Assembly: GCA_943788635.1 (NCBI GenBank)
Contig: CALSRA010000003.1
Coordinates: forward strand, 31,203-95,202
DNA from: an uncultured Alphaproteobacteria bacterium
GTDB taxonomy: Bacteria; Pseudomonadota; Alphaproteobacteria; UBA8366; GCA-2717185
Length of the DNA stretch: 64,000 nt
Reading direction: 5' to 3'
This document shows, one piece after another, positions 1-10,436 of the stretch. Within the stretch, counting starts at the first letter, position 1, and the number at the start of each line of letters is the position of its first letter. Under the pieces are notes generated by a model. It ran no database searches, was not told the origin of the DNA, and was given only the letters and a program-made list of their open reading frames with translations. Both the position numbers and the translations under genes were made by a program.

Positions 1-3
1 GTT

Positions 4-879
4 ATGGGCAAAGTAATACGTAAAGCAATTTTCCCTGTTGGTGGCATGGGGACACGGTTCTTGCCGGCAACCAAGGCAATCCCAAAGGAAATGCTTCCTA
101 TCGTCGATAAGCCGCTCATTCAGTATGCGGTGGAAGAGGCGCAGGCTGCCGGGATCGAGAACTTCATTTTTGTCACGGGGCGTGGCAAGCACGCTATCGA
201 GGATCATTTCGATTATTCGTTTGAGCTCGATTCCATGCTGGAAGAGCGTGGCCGGTCCGACATGCTTGAAACCATCCGCAGTTGGATGCCGAAACCCGGC
301 CAGATCAGCTATATCCGGCAGATGCAGCCGCTGGGCCTGGGGCACGCGGTGTGGTGCGCGCGCGACCTGATCGGGGATGAACCATTCGCGGTTCTGCTTG
401 CCGATGACCTGGTCCAGTCCCGGACGCCGTGCCTGAAACAGATGGTTGATGTGCAGGCAGATGTTGGCGGCAGCGTCGTCGGCGTTATGGATGTGCCGCG
501 TGAGCACACCAGTCGTTATGGTATTCTGGACATTGAGAAAGACGCTGACGACCTTGTGTCGATCCGGGGGCTGGTCGAAAAGCCCCGCCCCGAAGATGCG
601 CCGTCCACGCTGTCGATTATTGGCCGTTATATTCTTCAGCCGGAGGTCTTCGAATACCTGGACCGGCAGGAGAAAGGGGCGGGCGGCGAAATTCAGCTTA
701 CCGACGCCATGGCCGCGACCCTTGGCAAGGGCCCTTTCCACGGATTGCGGTTTGAGGGCAGGCGGTTTGATTGCGGTGACAAGGCCGGGTTCCTGGACGC
801 GTCGATTGCCTTTGCGCTGGCGCGGGACGACCTTGCGGCGGCCACACGTGAAATATTGAAATCCTACGCTGGCGCCTGA
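4..879 (+). CDS. galU: UTP--glucose-1-phosphate uridylyltransferase
   Basis: Motifs KAIFPVGGMGTRFLPATKAIPKEMLP, LGLGHAV, VEKP and GEIQLTDA. Confidence 0.97.
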   Translation: MGKVIRKAIFPVGGMGTRFLPATKAIPKEMLPIVDKPLIQYAVEEAQAAGIENFIFVTGRGKHAIEDHFDYSFELDSMLEERGRSDMLETIRSWMPKPGQISYIRQMQPLGLGHAVWCARDLIGDEPFAVLLADDLVQSRTPCLKQMVDVQADVGGSVVGVMDVPREHTSRYGILDIEKDADDLVSIRGLVEKPRPEDAPSTLSIIGRYILQPEVFEYLDRQEKGAGGEIQLTDAMAATLGKGPFHGLRFEGRRFDCGDKAGFLDASIAFALARDDLAAATREILKSYAGA

Positions 880-928
880 TTCAACGCGCCGGTATTTTTG
901 TTAATTTTGTTTTCGAGGAGATTGCTGC

Positions 929-2278
929 ATGCGGATCGCAATGATCGGGACTGGTTATGTCGGTCTAGTTTCAGGCGCCTGTTTTGCCAAATTCGGCGTT
1001 GAGGTGACGTGCGTCGACAAGGACGAATCGAAGATCGAGAAACTGACACGTGGCGAAATGCCGATCTACGAACCGGGTCTCGATGCGCTGGTAAGTGATG
1101 GTTTTGAAAATGGTCGTTTGACTGTGACAACGGACCTGCCGTCTGCGGTCCGGCTTGCTGATGCTGTTTTTATTGCGGTCGGAACGCCCAGCCGGCGTGG
1201 CGATGGCCATGCCGACCTCAGCTATGTATATGCTGCTGCGAAAGAAATCGCCGAGTCGCTGGAAGGCTACACGGTCATCGTGACGAAATCGACCGTACCC
1301 GTCGGAACGGGTGCGGAAGTCGACAGGATCATCCGCGAGACGTGCCCGGATGCGGATTTCGATGTTGTTTCCAATCCGGAGTTCCTGCGAGAAGGCGCCG
1401 CGATCGAAGATTTCATGCGCCCGGACCGGGTTGTCATCGGGACGGACAGCACCGTCGCCCGTGATGTGATGCGCATGCTCTATCGCCCGCTATACCTGAT
1501 GGAGACGCCGATGCTGTTTACCCAGCGGGAAACGGCGGAACTGATCAAGTATGCGACAAACGCGTTTCTGGCCACGAAAATTACGTTTATCAACGAAATC
1601 TCCGACATCTGCGACAAGGTTGGCGCGAATGTTCAGGACGTGGCGCGGGGGATTGGCCTGGATGGGCGGATCGGTCGCAAATTTCTGCACGCGGGGCCGG
1701 GTTATGGCGGCTCATGCTTTCCAAAGGATACGCTGGCGCTGGTGCAGACGGCGCGTGACGTCGGGGCGCCTTTTACGATTGTTGAATCTGTTGTCGAAGC
1801 GAATAACAAGCGCAAGAAGGCGATGGCGGAACGTGTTGTCGCGGCATGCGGCGGTTCCGTGGATGGCGCGACGCTGGCGGTTCTCGGGGTTACCTTCAAG
1901 CCGAATACGGATGACATGCGTGAAGCGCCAAGCCTGGATATTATTCCGGCATTGATGGAAGCCGGCGCGACTGTGCGCGCCTATGACCCGGAAGGTACGA
2001 AAGAGGCCACGCCGCTATTGCCCGGGGTGGTCTGGTGCGCCAATGCCTATGAAACAATGGAAGGCGCTTCCGCCGTGATCATCATCACGGAATGGGACGA
2101 GTTCCGCATGCTCGATCTCACGCGCATGCGGTCATTGCTGCGGCAGCCGCTTATGATTGATTTTCGAAATATCTATAATCCGGAAGAAATGGCCGCTGAT
2201 GGCTTTGTCTATCACAGTATCGGCAGACCCGGCGGCCTGCCGGTATCGGCGGAGAAGGTACTGGAGCAGGCCAAATGA
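929..2278 (+). CDS. ugd: UDP-glucose 6-dehydrogenase
   Basis: IGTGYVGL Rossmann motif, NPEFLREG, catalytic GYGGSCFPKD, FKPNTDDMRE; GAGGAG RBS upstream. Confidence 0.96.
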   Translation: MRIAMIGTGYVGLVSGACFAKFGVEVTCVDKDESKIEKLTRGEMPIYEPGLDALVSDGFENGRLTVTTDLPSAVRLADAVFIAVGTPSRRGDGHADLSYVYAAAKEIAESLEGYTVIVTKSTVPVGTGAEVDRIIRETCPDADFDVVSNPEFLREGAAIEDFMRPDRVVIGTDSTVARDVMRMLYRPLYLMETPMLFTQRETAELIKYATNAFLATKITFINEISDICDKVGANVQDVARGIGLDGRIGRKFLHAGPGYGGSCFPKDTLALVQTARDVGAPFTIVESVVEANNKRKKAMAERVVAACGGSVDGATLAVLGVTFKPNTDDMREAPSLDIIPALMEAGATVRAYDPEGTKEATPLLPGVVWCANAYETMEGASAVIIITEWDEFRMLDLTRMRSLLRQPLMIDFRNIYNPEEMAADGFVYHSIGRPGGLPVSAEKVLEQAK

Positions 2279-3654
2279 AGGGGCATGAATTTGCCGCACA
2301 AATCCTGCGCGAATACGATATCAGGGGCACTTTCGGTGAAACCCTGAATCCGCAGGATGCTTATGCGTTGGGCCGTTCATTCGGCACCATTCTTGCTCGC
2401 CGGGACGGTCGGCTCGTTTGTGTCGGGTATGATGGCCGCGTCAGCTCTCCGGAGTTGGAAGGCCGCCTGATCGATGGGCTTCGGGCGAGTGGCATGGAAG
2501 TGATGCGGTCCGGTCTTGGGCCGACACCGTCGCTCTATTTTGCGACGAAAGCGTTGCATGCCGATGGCGGTATCATGGTGACGGGGTCGCATAACCCGCC
2601 TAATCACAACGGTTTCAAGATGATGATGGGCGGTGCTTCTTTCTGGGGCGAAGACATCCAGAAATTGGGTGCGATCTCCGCCGCGGGCGACTGGGTCGAC
2701 GGGAACGGCAGTGTCCGTGACGTTGCCCTGATGGATACCTATGTATCGCGTTTGCGGGTGGATTATACCGGACCCAAGGCGTTGAAAGTTGCCTGGGATG
2801 CAGGGAACGGGTCCGCCGGTGAAGCAATGGTTCGGCTGACTGAACAGCTTCCCGGACAGCATTTTCTGCTGAACGAAAAAATTGACGGCACGTTTCCCAG
2901 TCATCATCCGGATCCGACCGTTCCGGAAAATCTGGTGCAGCTGCAGGATGCCGTTGCGGAACACGGGTGCGATCTGGGGATCGCGTTTGATGGTGATGGC
3001 GACAGGATCGGCGTCGTCGATGGCAAAGGCAGGATTCTGTGGGGCGATCAGCTCCTTTCTCTTTACGGGCGCGACTTGCTGTCGCGCCGTCCGGGTTCGA
3101 CGATTATCGCGGACGTGAAGGCCAGCCAGGTTCTTTTCGATGAAATAGCGCGGGCGGGCGGAAAACCGATTATGGCGGCGACCGGCCACTCGATCATCAA
3201 GTCAAAAATGGCGGCATTGGCGGCGCCACTGGCTGGTGAAATGAGCGGTCATATCTTCTTTGCGGATCGCTACTACGGTTTTGATGATGCGCTATACGCC
3301 GCTATTCGCCTGCTTGATATCGTCTCCCATAGCGATCTTTCGCTGGCTGAAATGCGGGATGCGCTGCCTCAGGTCGTGAATACGCCGGAAATCCGCTTTG
3401 ATATCTCGGAAGAACGCAAATTCGAGGTTATTGATGAAGTGAAGGCGCGGCTCGCCACGACGGATGCCAATGTCGATGATACGGACGGGGTTCGTGTACT
3501 GAATGATGATGGCTGGTGGCTTCTGCGGGCATCGAATACCCAGGCTGTTCTGGTTGTTCGATGCGAATCGTCCGATCAGGACGGCCTTGCAAGGTTGAAG
3601 GAAACGGTCATCAGTCAGCTACAGAGCAGCGGCGTCGACGCGCCGGCATTCTAG
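2275..3654 (+). CDS. Phosphomannomutase/phosphoglucomutase (AlgC/ExoC type)
   Basis: REYDIRG, phosphoserine loop TGSHNP, metal loop FDGDGDR, GEMSGH; ATGA overlap with ugd. Confidence 0.95.
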   Translation: MKGHEFAAQILREYDIRGTFGETLNPQDAYALGRSFGTILARRDGRLVCVGYDGRVSSPELEGRLIDGLRASGMEVMRSGLGPTPSLYFATKALHADGGIMVTGSHNPPNHNGFKMMMGGASFWGEDIQKLGAISAAGDWVDGNGSVRDVALMDTYVSRLRVDYTGPKALKVAWDAGNGSAGEAMVRLTEQLPGQHFLLNEKIDGTFPSHHPDPTVPENLVQLQDAVAEHGCDLGIAFDGDGDRIGVVDGKGRILWGDQLLSLYGRDLLSRRPGSTIIADVKASQVLFDEIARAGGKPIMAATGHSIIKSKMAALAAPLAGEMSGHIFFADRYYGFDDALYAAIRLLDIVSHSDLSLAEMRDALPQVVNTPEIRFDISEERKFEVIDEVKARLATTDANVDDTDGVRVLNDDGWWLLRASNTQAVLVVRCESSDQDGLARLKETVISQLQSSGVDAPAF

Positions 3655-3664
3655 CCTGTCTGGA

Positions 3665-5035
3665 TTATTTCGGCCGGTTTGCCGTTTGATTGTTGTCCGT
3701 CGGATCGCTCTGTCCTGAGCGGTTCGGCGCAATTGAGATGCACGGAATTTTGCGGCGTTCCAGCCGCTTGCACGCTGTTTCAGCACTTGCCTGACTCATG
3801 CCGATCAAACGCGCCCGGTACATCAGGCGATCCCCTGCGTGATAGGGGGCGATGCTGATACGGGTGTTCTCGGTGAGCTTCGGTATACGGGATACGGCCT
3901 TTTTTGCTGCTTTTCGCGCCGGCGCGATGTCGCCATAAGCGCCGACCTGTATCGCCCATTCATTTGGATTGCCAGCCCATGCCGGCGCAACGGGGACCGC
4001 GGGTTTGGAGCGCGTGGCTGTTGTCGCGAAAGGGTTGCCCGTCGTCACATTTTTCCCCGGAACCGGTGTCGGGGTAGGCGGCGGTATCAGTGCGATGCGG
4101 TTTGGCAGGCGGTTGGGTGCCACTTTGGCCGGTCTCGGCGATGGTTTCTCAATCTTCTTCTGGCTCAAAGTCGCAAACGGTTGGGAAGCACTGATCTTCT
4201 TGCTGTCCCGTGCCAGTTGCGCAAACCCCCGCTCAAGCAGTGACTTCATATGCTTATCCCGGGAGCGTGCGGTTTTTCCGCCAAAGACAACCCCGATCAG
4301 CCGACGATTGTCTCTTTCGGCCGACGCAGCCAGGTTGAAACCAGAGGCCCGGATATAGCCGGTTTTTATGCCATCTGTTCCGGGGAAGGACTTCAGCAGG
4401 CTGTTATGGTTTTTGAAATCCTTGCCGCGGAAGCTGTACTGCGCGCGGGAAAAGTAGCTGTAATACTGCGGAAAGTCCTTGATCAACTGGCCGGCAAGTT
4501 TTGCCATGTCGCGCGCTGTAGACAATTGTCGACGATTGGGCAGACCGGATGCGTTCCGAAACGTCGTTCGGCGCATGCCCAGCGCTTTGGCTTTCTTTGT
4601 CATCAGCAGCGCAAACTTAATTTCTGTCCCACCCAGCGCCTCGGCAACGACAACAGCGGCATCGTTCGCCGACTTCGTGACCAGTGACAGGATTACTGCT
4701 TCGACCGAAATTTTTTCACCTGTTTTCAGGCCCAGCTTGGACGGTGACATGCCCTGCGCGCGCCTCGATACCGGGAGTTGACTGTCAAGCTTGAGGTGCC
4801 CGCTCTCCAGTGCCTCGAATACGAGATATAGCGTCATCATCTTCGTTAGTGACGCTGGGTAATTCCGTGTATCCGGGTTTGACGCATGCAAGACTCGGCC
4901 CGTATCGGCGTCGAGGACGATTGCGGCATAGCGCGCTTGTGCCGATGATACAGGGAAAAGCACGGCCATGACGGTGAGGACAATAACGGGGAACAAGGCC
5001 AATCGGACCGAACGGAGTAATTTGTTATGTTCCAT
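3665..5035 (-). CDS. D-alanyl-D-alanine carboxypeptidase (peptidase S11) with C-terminal SPOR domain
   Basis: SLTK, SAND and KTG penicillin-binding motifs; signal peptide; Pro-rich linker; WAIQVGAY SPOR start. Start may be 5035 or 5074. Confidence 0.92.
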   Translation of the reverse strand: MEHNKLLRSVRLALFPVIVLTVMAVLFPVSSAQARYAAIVLDADTGRVLHASNPDTRNYPASLTKMMTLYLVFEALESGHLKLDSQLPVSRRAQGMSPSKLGLKTGEKISVEAVILSLVTKSANDAAVVVAEALGGTEIKFALLMTKKAKALGMRRTTFRNASGLPNRRQLSTARDMAKLAGQLIKDFPQYYSYFSRAQYSFRGKDFKNHNSLLKSFPGTDGIKTGYIRASGFNLAASAERDNRRLIGVVFGGKTARSRDKHMKSLLERGFAQLARDSKKISASQPFATLSQKKIEKPSPRPAKVAPNRLPNRIALIPPPTPTPVPGKNVTTGNPFATTATRSKPAVPVAPAWAGNPNEWAIQVGAYGDIAPARKAAKKAVSRIPKLTENTRISIAPYHAGDRLMYRARLIGMSQASAETACKRLERRKIPCISIAPNRSGQSDPTDNNQTANRPK

Positions 5036-5280
5036 GTCGTTGCCGATGGGGCCAATCACACCAGGATATCTCATGAATCCAATAAGCTAAGAAGCCTAGT
5101 TAAGGTGGACCCTATTGTCCACCTGTAAGCTGGCCCGGAACCGGGTAGCAAAGGCCTTCCCGTCCGATTCCGCAAAATGCGGAGGTTACCTCTATCCCTT
5201 GAAGGTGCCGCACAGTCCCTTTTCTGCCTTGCGAAAGCGTTTTATTCGCCGTGATACGGCTGTCAATCCGCGGGAGTGAT

Positions 5281-5385
5281 GCTGCATCGCGCAAAAAAAA
5301 TATTGCATCGCACAAAATTTACTATTGACATGCAGGGCCGCGGTATCATATCTCCATTATTAGAAATTGTTGCATTGCAGCATAA
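5281..5385 (+). promoter_or_regulatory. Phasin promoter with repeated PhaR-like TGC-N-GCA sites
   Basis: GCTGCATCGCGCAAA, ATTGCATCGCACAAA and GTTGCATTGCAGCAT flank TTGACA (5325-5330) directly upstream of the phasin gene. Confidence 0.7.
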
Positions 5386-5452
5386 CGGCTCGGTGCTTCA
5401 GAAACGGTGCAGAGAACGTTCTGGGTTCACATTATTTTTCGGGAGTTTAGAC

Positions 5453-5974
5453 ATGGCGACGAAAGCACAAGGTACCGCGAAAGATGCGGCGAAGAAAATC
5501 GAAGACGCAATGTCTGTCGGTAAAGATACAGTTGAGCAGGCGTTCAAGGCATCGACCGAAGGCTACGAGCAGGTCGTGACGGCCAGCCGTGCCCAGGCTG
5601 AAAAAGCCAGCAAGGCAATGCTTGGCAGCTATGACGACATTGCTGTTGTCAGCAAGGACAATATGGACGCGCTGATGGCCGCCGGCGATATCTGGTTCAA
5701 GGGATACGAAGCGATTGGCAAGGCCTGCTTTGCTTATGCGCAGGAAACCGCCGAAAAGGGTGCCGAAGTCGCGAAGGCCGTGATGTCTGCAAAGTCCGTG
5801 CAGGATGCCATCGACGTTCAGACGGATTTCGCGAAGCAGCGTTTTGACAGCATGGCGACTGAGAGTGCGAAAATTTCGGAAATGTCTGTCAAGGCAACGA
5901 ATGAAGCTCTTGCACCGATCCAGAAGCGATTCGATGACAGCGTGTCAAAGTTCATGAAATCGGCCGCAGTCTGA
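5453..5974 (+). CDS. Phasin family protein (PHA granule-associated)
   Basis: Ala/Lys-rich helical protein with phasin-like AKSVQDAIDVQTDFAK segment; GGGAG RBS before ATG 5453; usual position upstream of clpS-clpA in alphaproteobacteria. Confidence 0.85.
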   Translation: MATKAQGTAKDAAKKIEDAMSVGKDTVEQAFKASTEGYEQVVTASRAQAEKASKAMLGSYDDIAVVSKDNMDALMAAGDIWFKGYEAIGKACFAYAQETAEKGAEVAKAVMSAKSVQDAIDVQTDFAKQRFDSMATESAKISEMSVKATNEALAPIQKRFDDSVSKFMKSAAV

Positions 5975-6012
5975 TGGAATTCGTGTCTGCGTAACTTTCG
6001 CGACACCGAATT

Positions 6013-6051
6013 AAATACGGCCCCGGAGCGAAATGCTTCGGGGCCGTATTT
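6013..6051. terminator. Intrinsic terminator-like hairpin after the phasin gene
   Basis: AAATACGGCCCCGGAGC-GAAAT-GCTTCGGGGCCGTATTT, a long stem with one G:U pair. Confidence 0.8.
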
Positions 6052-6175
6052 GCGTTTTAACGGAAATACTTCCGGTAACAAGGATAGGCGTATATTCTAT
6101 GGGTTCTAACCCTTTCCCCGGGGGCAATGAGTACCAATATCTACTTACGGGCAATGGACGCTGGCGTGGGACGCA

Positions 6176-6502
6176 ATGAGCGAGCAGAATAACGGGAACG
6201 ATGGCGATATTCGGACGGGCGTGGTCGTAAAGGCCAAGCCCAAAACGAAGAAGCCATCCATGTATAAAGTTTTAATGTTGAATGACGACTATACCCCGAT
6301 GGAATTTGTCGTGCATGTGCTGGAGCGGTTTTTCAACAAGGGGCAGGAAGCCGCTACTGAGATCATGCTGCATGTACACCAAAAGGGGGTCGGGATCTGT
6401 GGTGTGTTCACGTACGAAGTTGCTGAGACCAAAGTGAACCAGGTCATGGAATTCGCCCGCAAACATCATCATCCGCTGCAGTGCACTCTGGAAAAGGACT
6501 GA
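6176..6502 (+). CDS. clpS: ATP-dependent Clp protease adaptor ClpS
   Basis: [17 protein letters not shown] and HPLQCTLEK motifs. Confidence 0.97.
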   Translation: MSEQNNGNDGDIRTGVVVKAKPKTKKPSMYKVLMLNDDYTPMEFVVHVLERFFNKGQEAATEIMLHVHQKGVGICGVFTYEVAETKVNQVMEFARKHHHPLQCTLEKD

Positions 6503-6509
6503 TATTCCC

Positions 6510-8837
6510 GTGTTATCACGCAATCTGGAAGAAAGCCTTCACCGTGCCATCGCTCTCGCGAGCGAACGGCGGCATGAATATGCAACACTGGAACATCTGT
6601 TGTTCGCCTTGAGCGACGACCGGGACGCCGTAGCCGTACTTCGCGCCTGTGGTGTCGATATCGATCGGTTGCGAAAGGATCTGGGCGAATATCTCGACGG
6701 CGAACTGGAAATGCTCGTTGCGGATTTTGTCGAGGACCCGAAACCCACCGCCGGCTTTCAGCGCGTTCTACAGCGCGCCGCAATCCACGTGCAGTCGTCA
6801 GGTCGCGAAGAAGTGACCGGGGCGAATGTGCTGGTCGCGATGTTCTCGGAGCGCGAGAGCCATGCCGTCTATTACCTGCAGGCGCAGGACATGACGCGCT
6901 TCGATGCGGTTAACTACATCAGTCACGGTATTGCCAAAGTCCCCAGTGAAACGGCGACGCGGAACGTCAACGGTGCGGACGAGGACGCGGCGGCGGAGAA
7001 GGTGAACAAGAAGGGCAACGAGGCGCTCGAAGCCTATTGCGTGAACCTTAATGAAAAAGCGAAGGCGGGCAAGATTGATCCGCTGATCGGCCGCAAGAAG
7101 GAAATTGACCGGACCATTCAGGTTCTGTGCCGGCGGACGAAGAACAATCCGCTGTATGTCGGTGATCCGGGCGTGGGCAAAACGGCGATTGCCGAAGGCC
7201 TGGCCAAACGCATTGTCGAACTCGATGTGCCGGTCGTCCTGCAGGAGGCCACGATTCATTCGCTGGATATGGGCGCGCTTCTGGCCGGAACCCGGTATCG
7301 GGGCGATTTCGAGGAACGGTTGAAAGCCGTCATGAAGGAACTCGAGGAAGAAGAGGGCGCGATCCTCTTCATCGATGAAATCCATACGGTGATCGGTGCC
7401 GGCGCAACCAGTGGCGGGGCCATGGATGCCTCCAACCTGCTGAAGCCTGCGTTGCAGAGCGGGACGCTGAAATGCATCGGGTCGACGACCTACAAGGAAT
7501 TCCGCAACCATTTCGAAAAGGATCGCGCGCTGGTGCGGCGTTTCCAGAAGATTGACGTCGCCGAACCGTCAATCCCGGATACGATCAAGATTCTCCAAGG
7601 TCTGAAACCTTATTACGAAGAGCACCACAAGGTCCGCTATACCAACGAGGCGCTGAAGACGGCGGTCGACCTGGCGGCGAAGTACATCAATGATCGCAAA
7701 CTGCCGGACAAGGCGATCGACGTTATCGATGAAGTCGGCGCGTCCCAGATGCTGTTGCCGGAATCGAAGCGCAAGAAAACCATCGGCGTACGCGATGTCG
7801 AAGCGGTCGTCGCCATGATGGCGCGGATCCCGCCGAAGCAGGTATCCCGCAACGACCGCGAGTCCCTGCAAACCATGGAACGCGATCTGAAGACCGTTGT
7901 CTTCGGTCAGGACGCGGCGATCGATGCATTGACGACGGCGATCAAGATGTCGCGGGCCGGCCTGCGCGAGCCCGAAAAGCCGATCGGCAGCTATCTGTTC
8001 TCGGGGCCGACCGGTGTCGGCAAGACCGAAGTCGCGCGTCAACTCGCGAATACGATGGGCGTCGAACTGACGCGGTTCGATATGTCGGAATACATGGAAC
8101 GCCACAGCATCTCCCGATTGCTCGGCGCGCCTCCGGGCTATGTCGGGTTCGATCAGGGTGGGTTGCTGACCGATGCAATCGACCAGCATCCTCATTGCGT
8201 CCTGCTGCTGGATGAAATCGAAAAAGCGCATCCGGATCTGTTCAACGTGCTGCTGCAGGTCATGGATCATGGCAAGCTGACGGATCACAACGGGAAATCC
8301 GTTGATTTTCGTAATGTCGTCCTGATCATGACCACGAATGCGGGGGCCGCCGACCTGGCTAAGCCGGTCATGGGCTTTGCGCGCGAAGAACGGGTTGGTG
8401 AGGACGAGGAAGCGATCAGCCGCATGTTCTCGCCTGAATTCCGCAACCGTCTCGATGCGGTCATTTCCTTTGCGGCGCTGTCGCAGGAGGTCGTGCATCG
8501 GGTTGTCGACAAGTTCATCATGGAGTTGGAAGGCCAGCTTGCCGACCGGAACGTGACAATCGAATTGACCGACGAATCGCGCGCCTGGCTGGGCCGCAAG
8601 GGCTACGATCCGAAATTCGGCGCCCGGCCATTGGGACGGGTCATCCAGGAAAACATCAAGAAACCGCTGGCCGAAGAACTGTTGTTCGGCAAGCTGGCCA
8701 AGGGTGGTGTGGTCAAAGTGCTGCTGGTGGATGACAAGCTGGATTTCGAACTGACCAGTGCGGGTGGCCGTCGCGATACCGGCGAAGATGGCGGTGAAAA
8801 GCCGAGCCCGAAGGTTCCCGAACTCCTCGAAGGCTGA
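6510..8837 (+). CDS. clpA: ATP-dependent Clp protease ATP-binding subunit ClpA
   Basis: Clp N-domain, two AAA+ modules ([16 protein letters not shown]), no ClpB coiled-coil, directly after clpS. Confidence 0.97.
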   Translation: MLSRNLEESLHRAIALASERRHEYATLEHLLFALSDDRDAVAVLRACGVDIDRLRKDLGEYLDGELEMLVADFVEDPKPTAGFQRVLQRAAIHVQSSGREEVTGANVLVAMFSERESHAVYYLQAQDMTRFDAVNYISHGIAKVPSETATRNVNGADEDAAAEKVNKKGNEALEAYCVNLNEKAKAGKIDPLIGRKKEIDRTIQVLCRRTKNNPLYVGDPGVGKTAIAEGLAKRIVELDVPVVLQEATIHSLDMGALLAGTRYRGDFEERLKAVMKELEEEEGAILFIDEIHTVIGAGATSGGAMDASNLLKPALQSGTLKCIGSTTYKEFRNHFEKDRALVRRFQKIDVAEPSIPDTIKILQGLKPYYEEHHKVRYTNEALKTAVDLAAKYINDRKLPDKAIDVIDEVGASQMLLPESKRKKTIGVRDVEAVVAMMARIPPKQVSRNDRESLQTMERDLKTVVFGQDAAIDALTTAIKMSRAGLREPEKPIGSYLFSGPTGVGKTEVARQLANTMGVELTRFDMSEYMERHSISRLLGAPPGYVGFDQGGLLTDAIDQHPHCVLLLDEIEKAHPDLFNVLLQVMDHGKLTDHNGKSVDFRNVVLIMTTNAGAADLAKPVMGFAREERVGEDEEAISRMFSPEFRNRLDAVISFAALSQEVVHRVVDKFIMELEGQLADRNVTIELTDESRAWLGRKGYDPKFGARPLGRVIQENIKKPLAEELLFGKLAKGGVVKVLLVDDKLDFELTSAGGRRDTGEDGGEKPSPKVPELLEG

Positions 8838-8868
8838 GTACCGGCAGCTTGGCTGCCGGTCGGGCCTG

Positions 8869-9969
8869 ATGCAGGAACTATCGTTTTCGTTCAGGCCGGC
8901 GGGCCCTGTTTCGGCGCTGGAACCGTTTTGGCGCGACCTTGAATCCCGTTCCGATTGCAGTTTTTTCCTGTCCTGGGACTGGATCGGCTGCTGGCTTGAT
9001 GAAATCGACGCCAGCCCCATTCTGGTTGAGGGCCGCGCGGGTGATGCGGTGGTGGTGCTCGGCGTGTTCTGCCCCGGCGCCGCGCGGCCATTTGCCATCC
9101 GTTCGGTTCGCCTGCAGGAAACCGGGCAGGCAGAGGTGGATTCACTCTATATCGAATATAACGGCTTGCTGATCGACCGGCGCTGGGCCGGTATTGGCGA
9201 GCGGCTTTGCATCGAAGCCCTGTTGGCCGAAGGCGCGCGGCGGGGACGCGCCGGGTGGGACCGTATCGTCATCGGTGCGGCTGCCGAACCGGTGGTGGCT
9301 GCGCTGCGGGATGTGCAGCCCAAACCACGGCTGGAGGCGCCAATCCAGACCAGCCATGTCGATCTGGCGGCAATCCGCGCCGCCGGTGGGGATTATCTGG
9401 CGGCTATCAGTGCCAATACCCGCTAACAGATCCGCCGGGCGCGCCGGCTGTACGAAGCGCGCGGGCCGCTGACGCTCGACGTGGCCCGGGATGGCGAAGA
9501 GGCGCAGGCATATTTCGATGCGTTGCGCGTGCTGCATCAGGCGACCTGGACGGCGCGTGGCCGGCCGGGCGCGTTTGCATCCCCGTTCTTCGTGCGCTTT
9601 CACCGCCATCTGATCGCGTCCGGCCTGCCGAATGATGCGGTGGAGCTGGTGCGGATTTCAGCGGGGGGCGCGCCGGTCGCCTATCTGTATAATTTCCTGT
9701 ATCGCGGCACGGTCTATTACTACGCCAGCGGTATTGCGTACGAGCCGGACAACAAGGCCCGTCCGGGGCTGCTCAGCCATGCGATGTGTATCGCGCATCA
9801 TCTGGCGCGCGGCGACGACTGTTATGATTTCATGGCCGGCGCCGCCCGCTACAAGGAAAGCCTTGGCACGCCGGGGCCGGCAATCAGTACAATCATCGTG
9901 GAACGGGCCGGAATCCGGTCAATGCTGGCCGGGGCCATGCGCGGTTTGCGCGAAGGTATTCGCGGTTAG
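8869..9969 (+). pseudogene. GNAT family acetyltransferase (CelD/BcsL-like) interrupted by an in-frame TAA at 9424-9426
   Basis: ORFs 8758..9426 and 9481..9969 are in the same frame; read-through gives ISANTR*QIRRARRLYE; C-terminal YDFMAGAARYKESLG fits this family. Confidence 0.8.
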
Positions 9970-10008
9970 GTTGCGTCATGGCGGGCGGGGCCGCCGGGAA
10001 CGACCGGA

Positions 10009-10146
10009 TCAGATGGTCAGCGAGATGACCGTCAGCGCGCCGACAATGCCGAGCGAAGCAACAACGACACAGGCATAAACGACGAGGGGGTTGAGCTTGA
10101 CGCTCCGTTGCCGTCCGAAGGTAAATTTTACGGTATCTGTCGTCAT
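10009..10146 (-). CDS. Small (45 aa) single-pass membrane protein
   Basis: MTTDTVKFTFGRQRSVKLNPLVVYACVVVASLGIVGALTVISLTI; hydrophobic C-terminal helix; AGGG before ATG; AT-rich upstream region. Confidence 0.5.
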   Translation of the reverse strand: MTTDTVKFTFGRQRSVKLNPLVVYACVVVASLGIVGALTVISLTI

Positions 10147-10436
10147 GGCGTGCCCTGTCTTAAGTTTTCCTGTCGAACCAACGTTAAGGACAATGTGGTC
10201 GAACTTTATGACTTTTCCGTGAAGAAATTCGGTTAATGCGATGAATTCCCGCGAATATGCTGCCGTTGGGACGGTAAAGCCTTTATGAACGCCGGCGCGC
10301 CGCCGCGCTGTGATGCGCGTCACGGTTAACGATTATTAATTCAGGACAGGCATAGGGCGATCAGGGCACGCGGCGCACCCTGGTACCGCACTCGTCAAAA
10401 AGGGCCCGGGCGGTGCCCGTCATGCAGACCTGCGGG

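Noticed and set aside
7569-9098. Long antisense ORFs (also 28390-30021, 44808-46004, 47361-48563, 55610-57112)
   Set aside because: Shadow frames of well-supported genes in high-GC DNA, with no motifs of their own.
9424-9426. Stop-codon recoding (Sec, Pyl or alternative code)
   Set aside because: The codon is TAA, which terminates many intact genes in this window.
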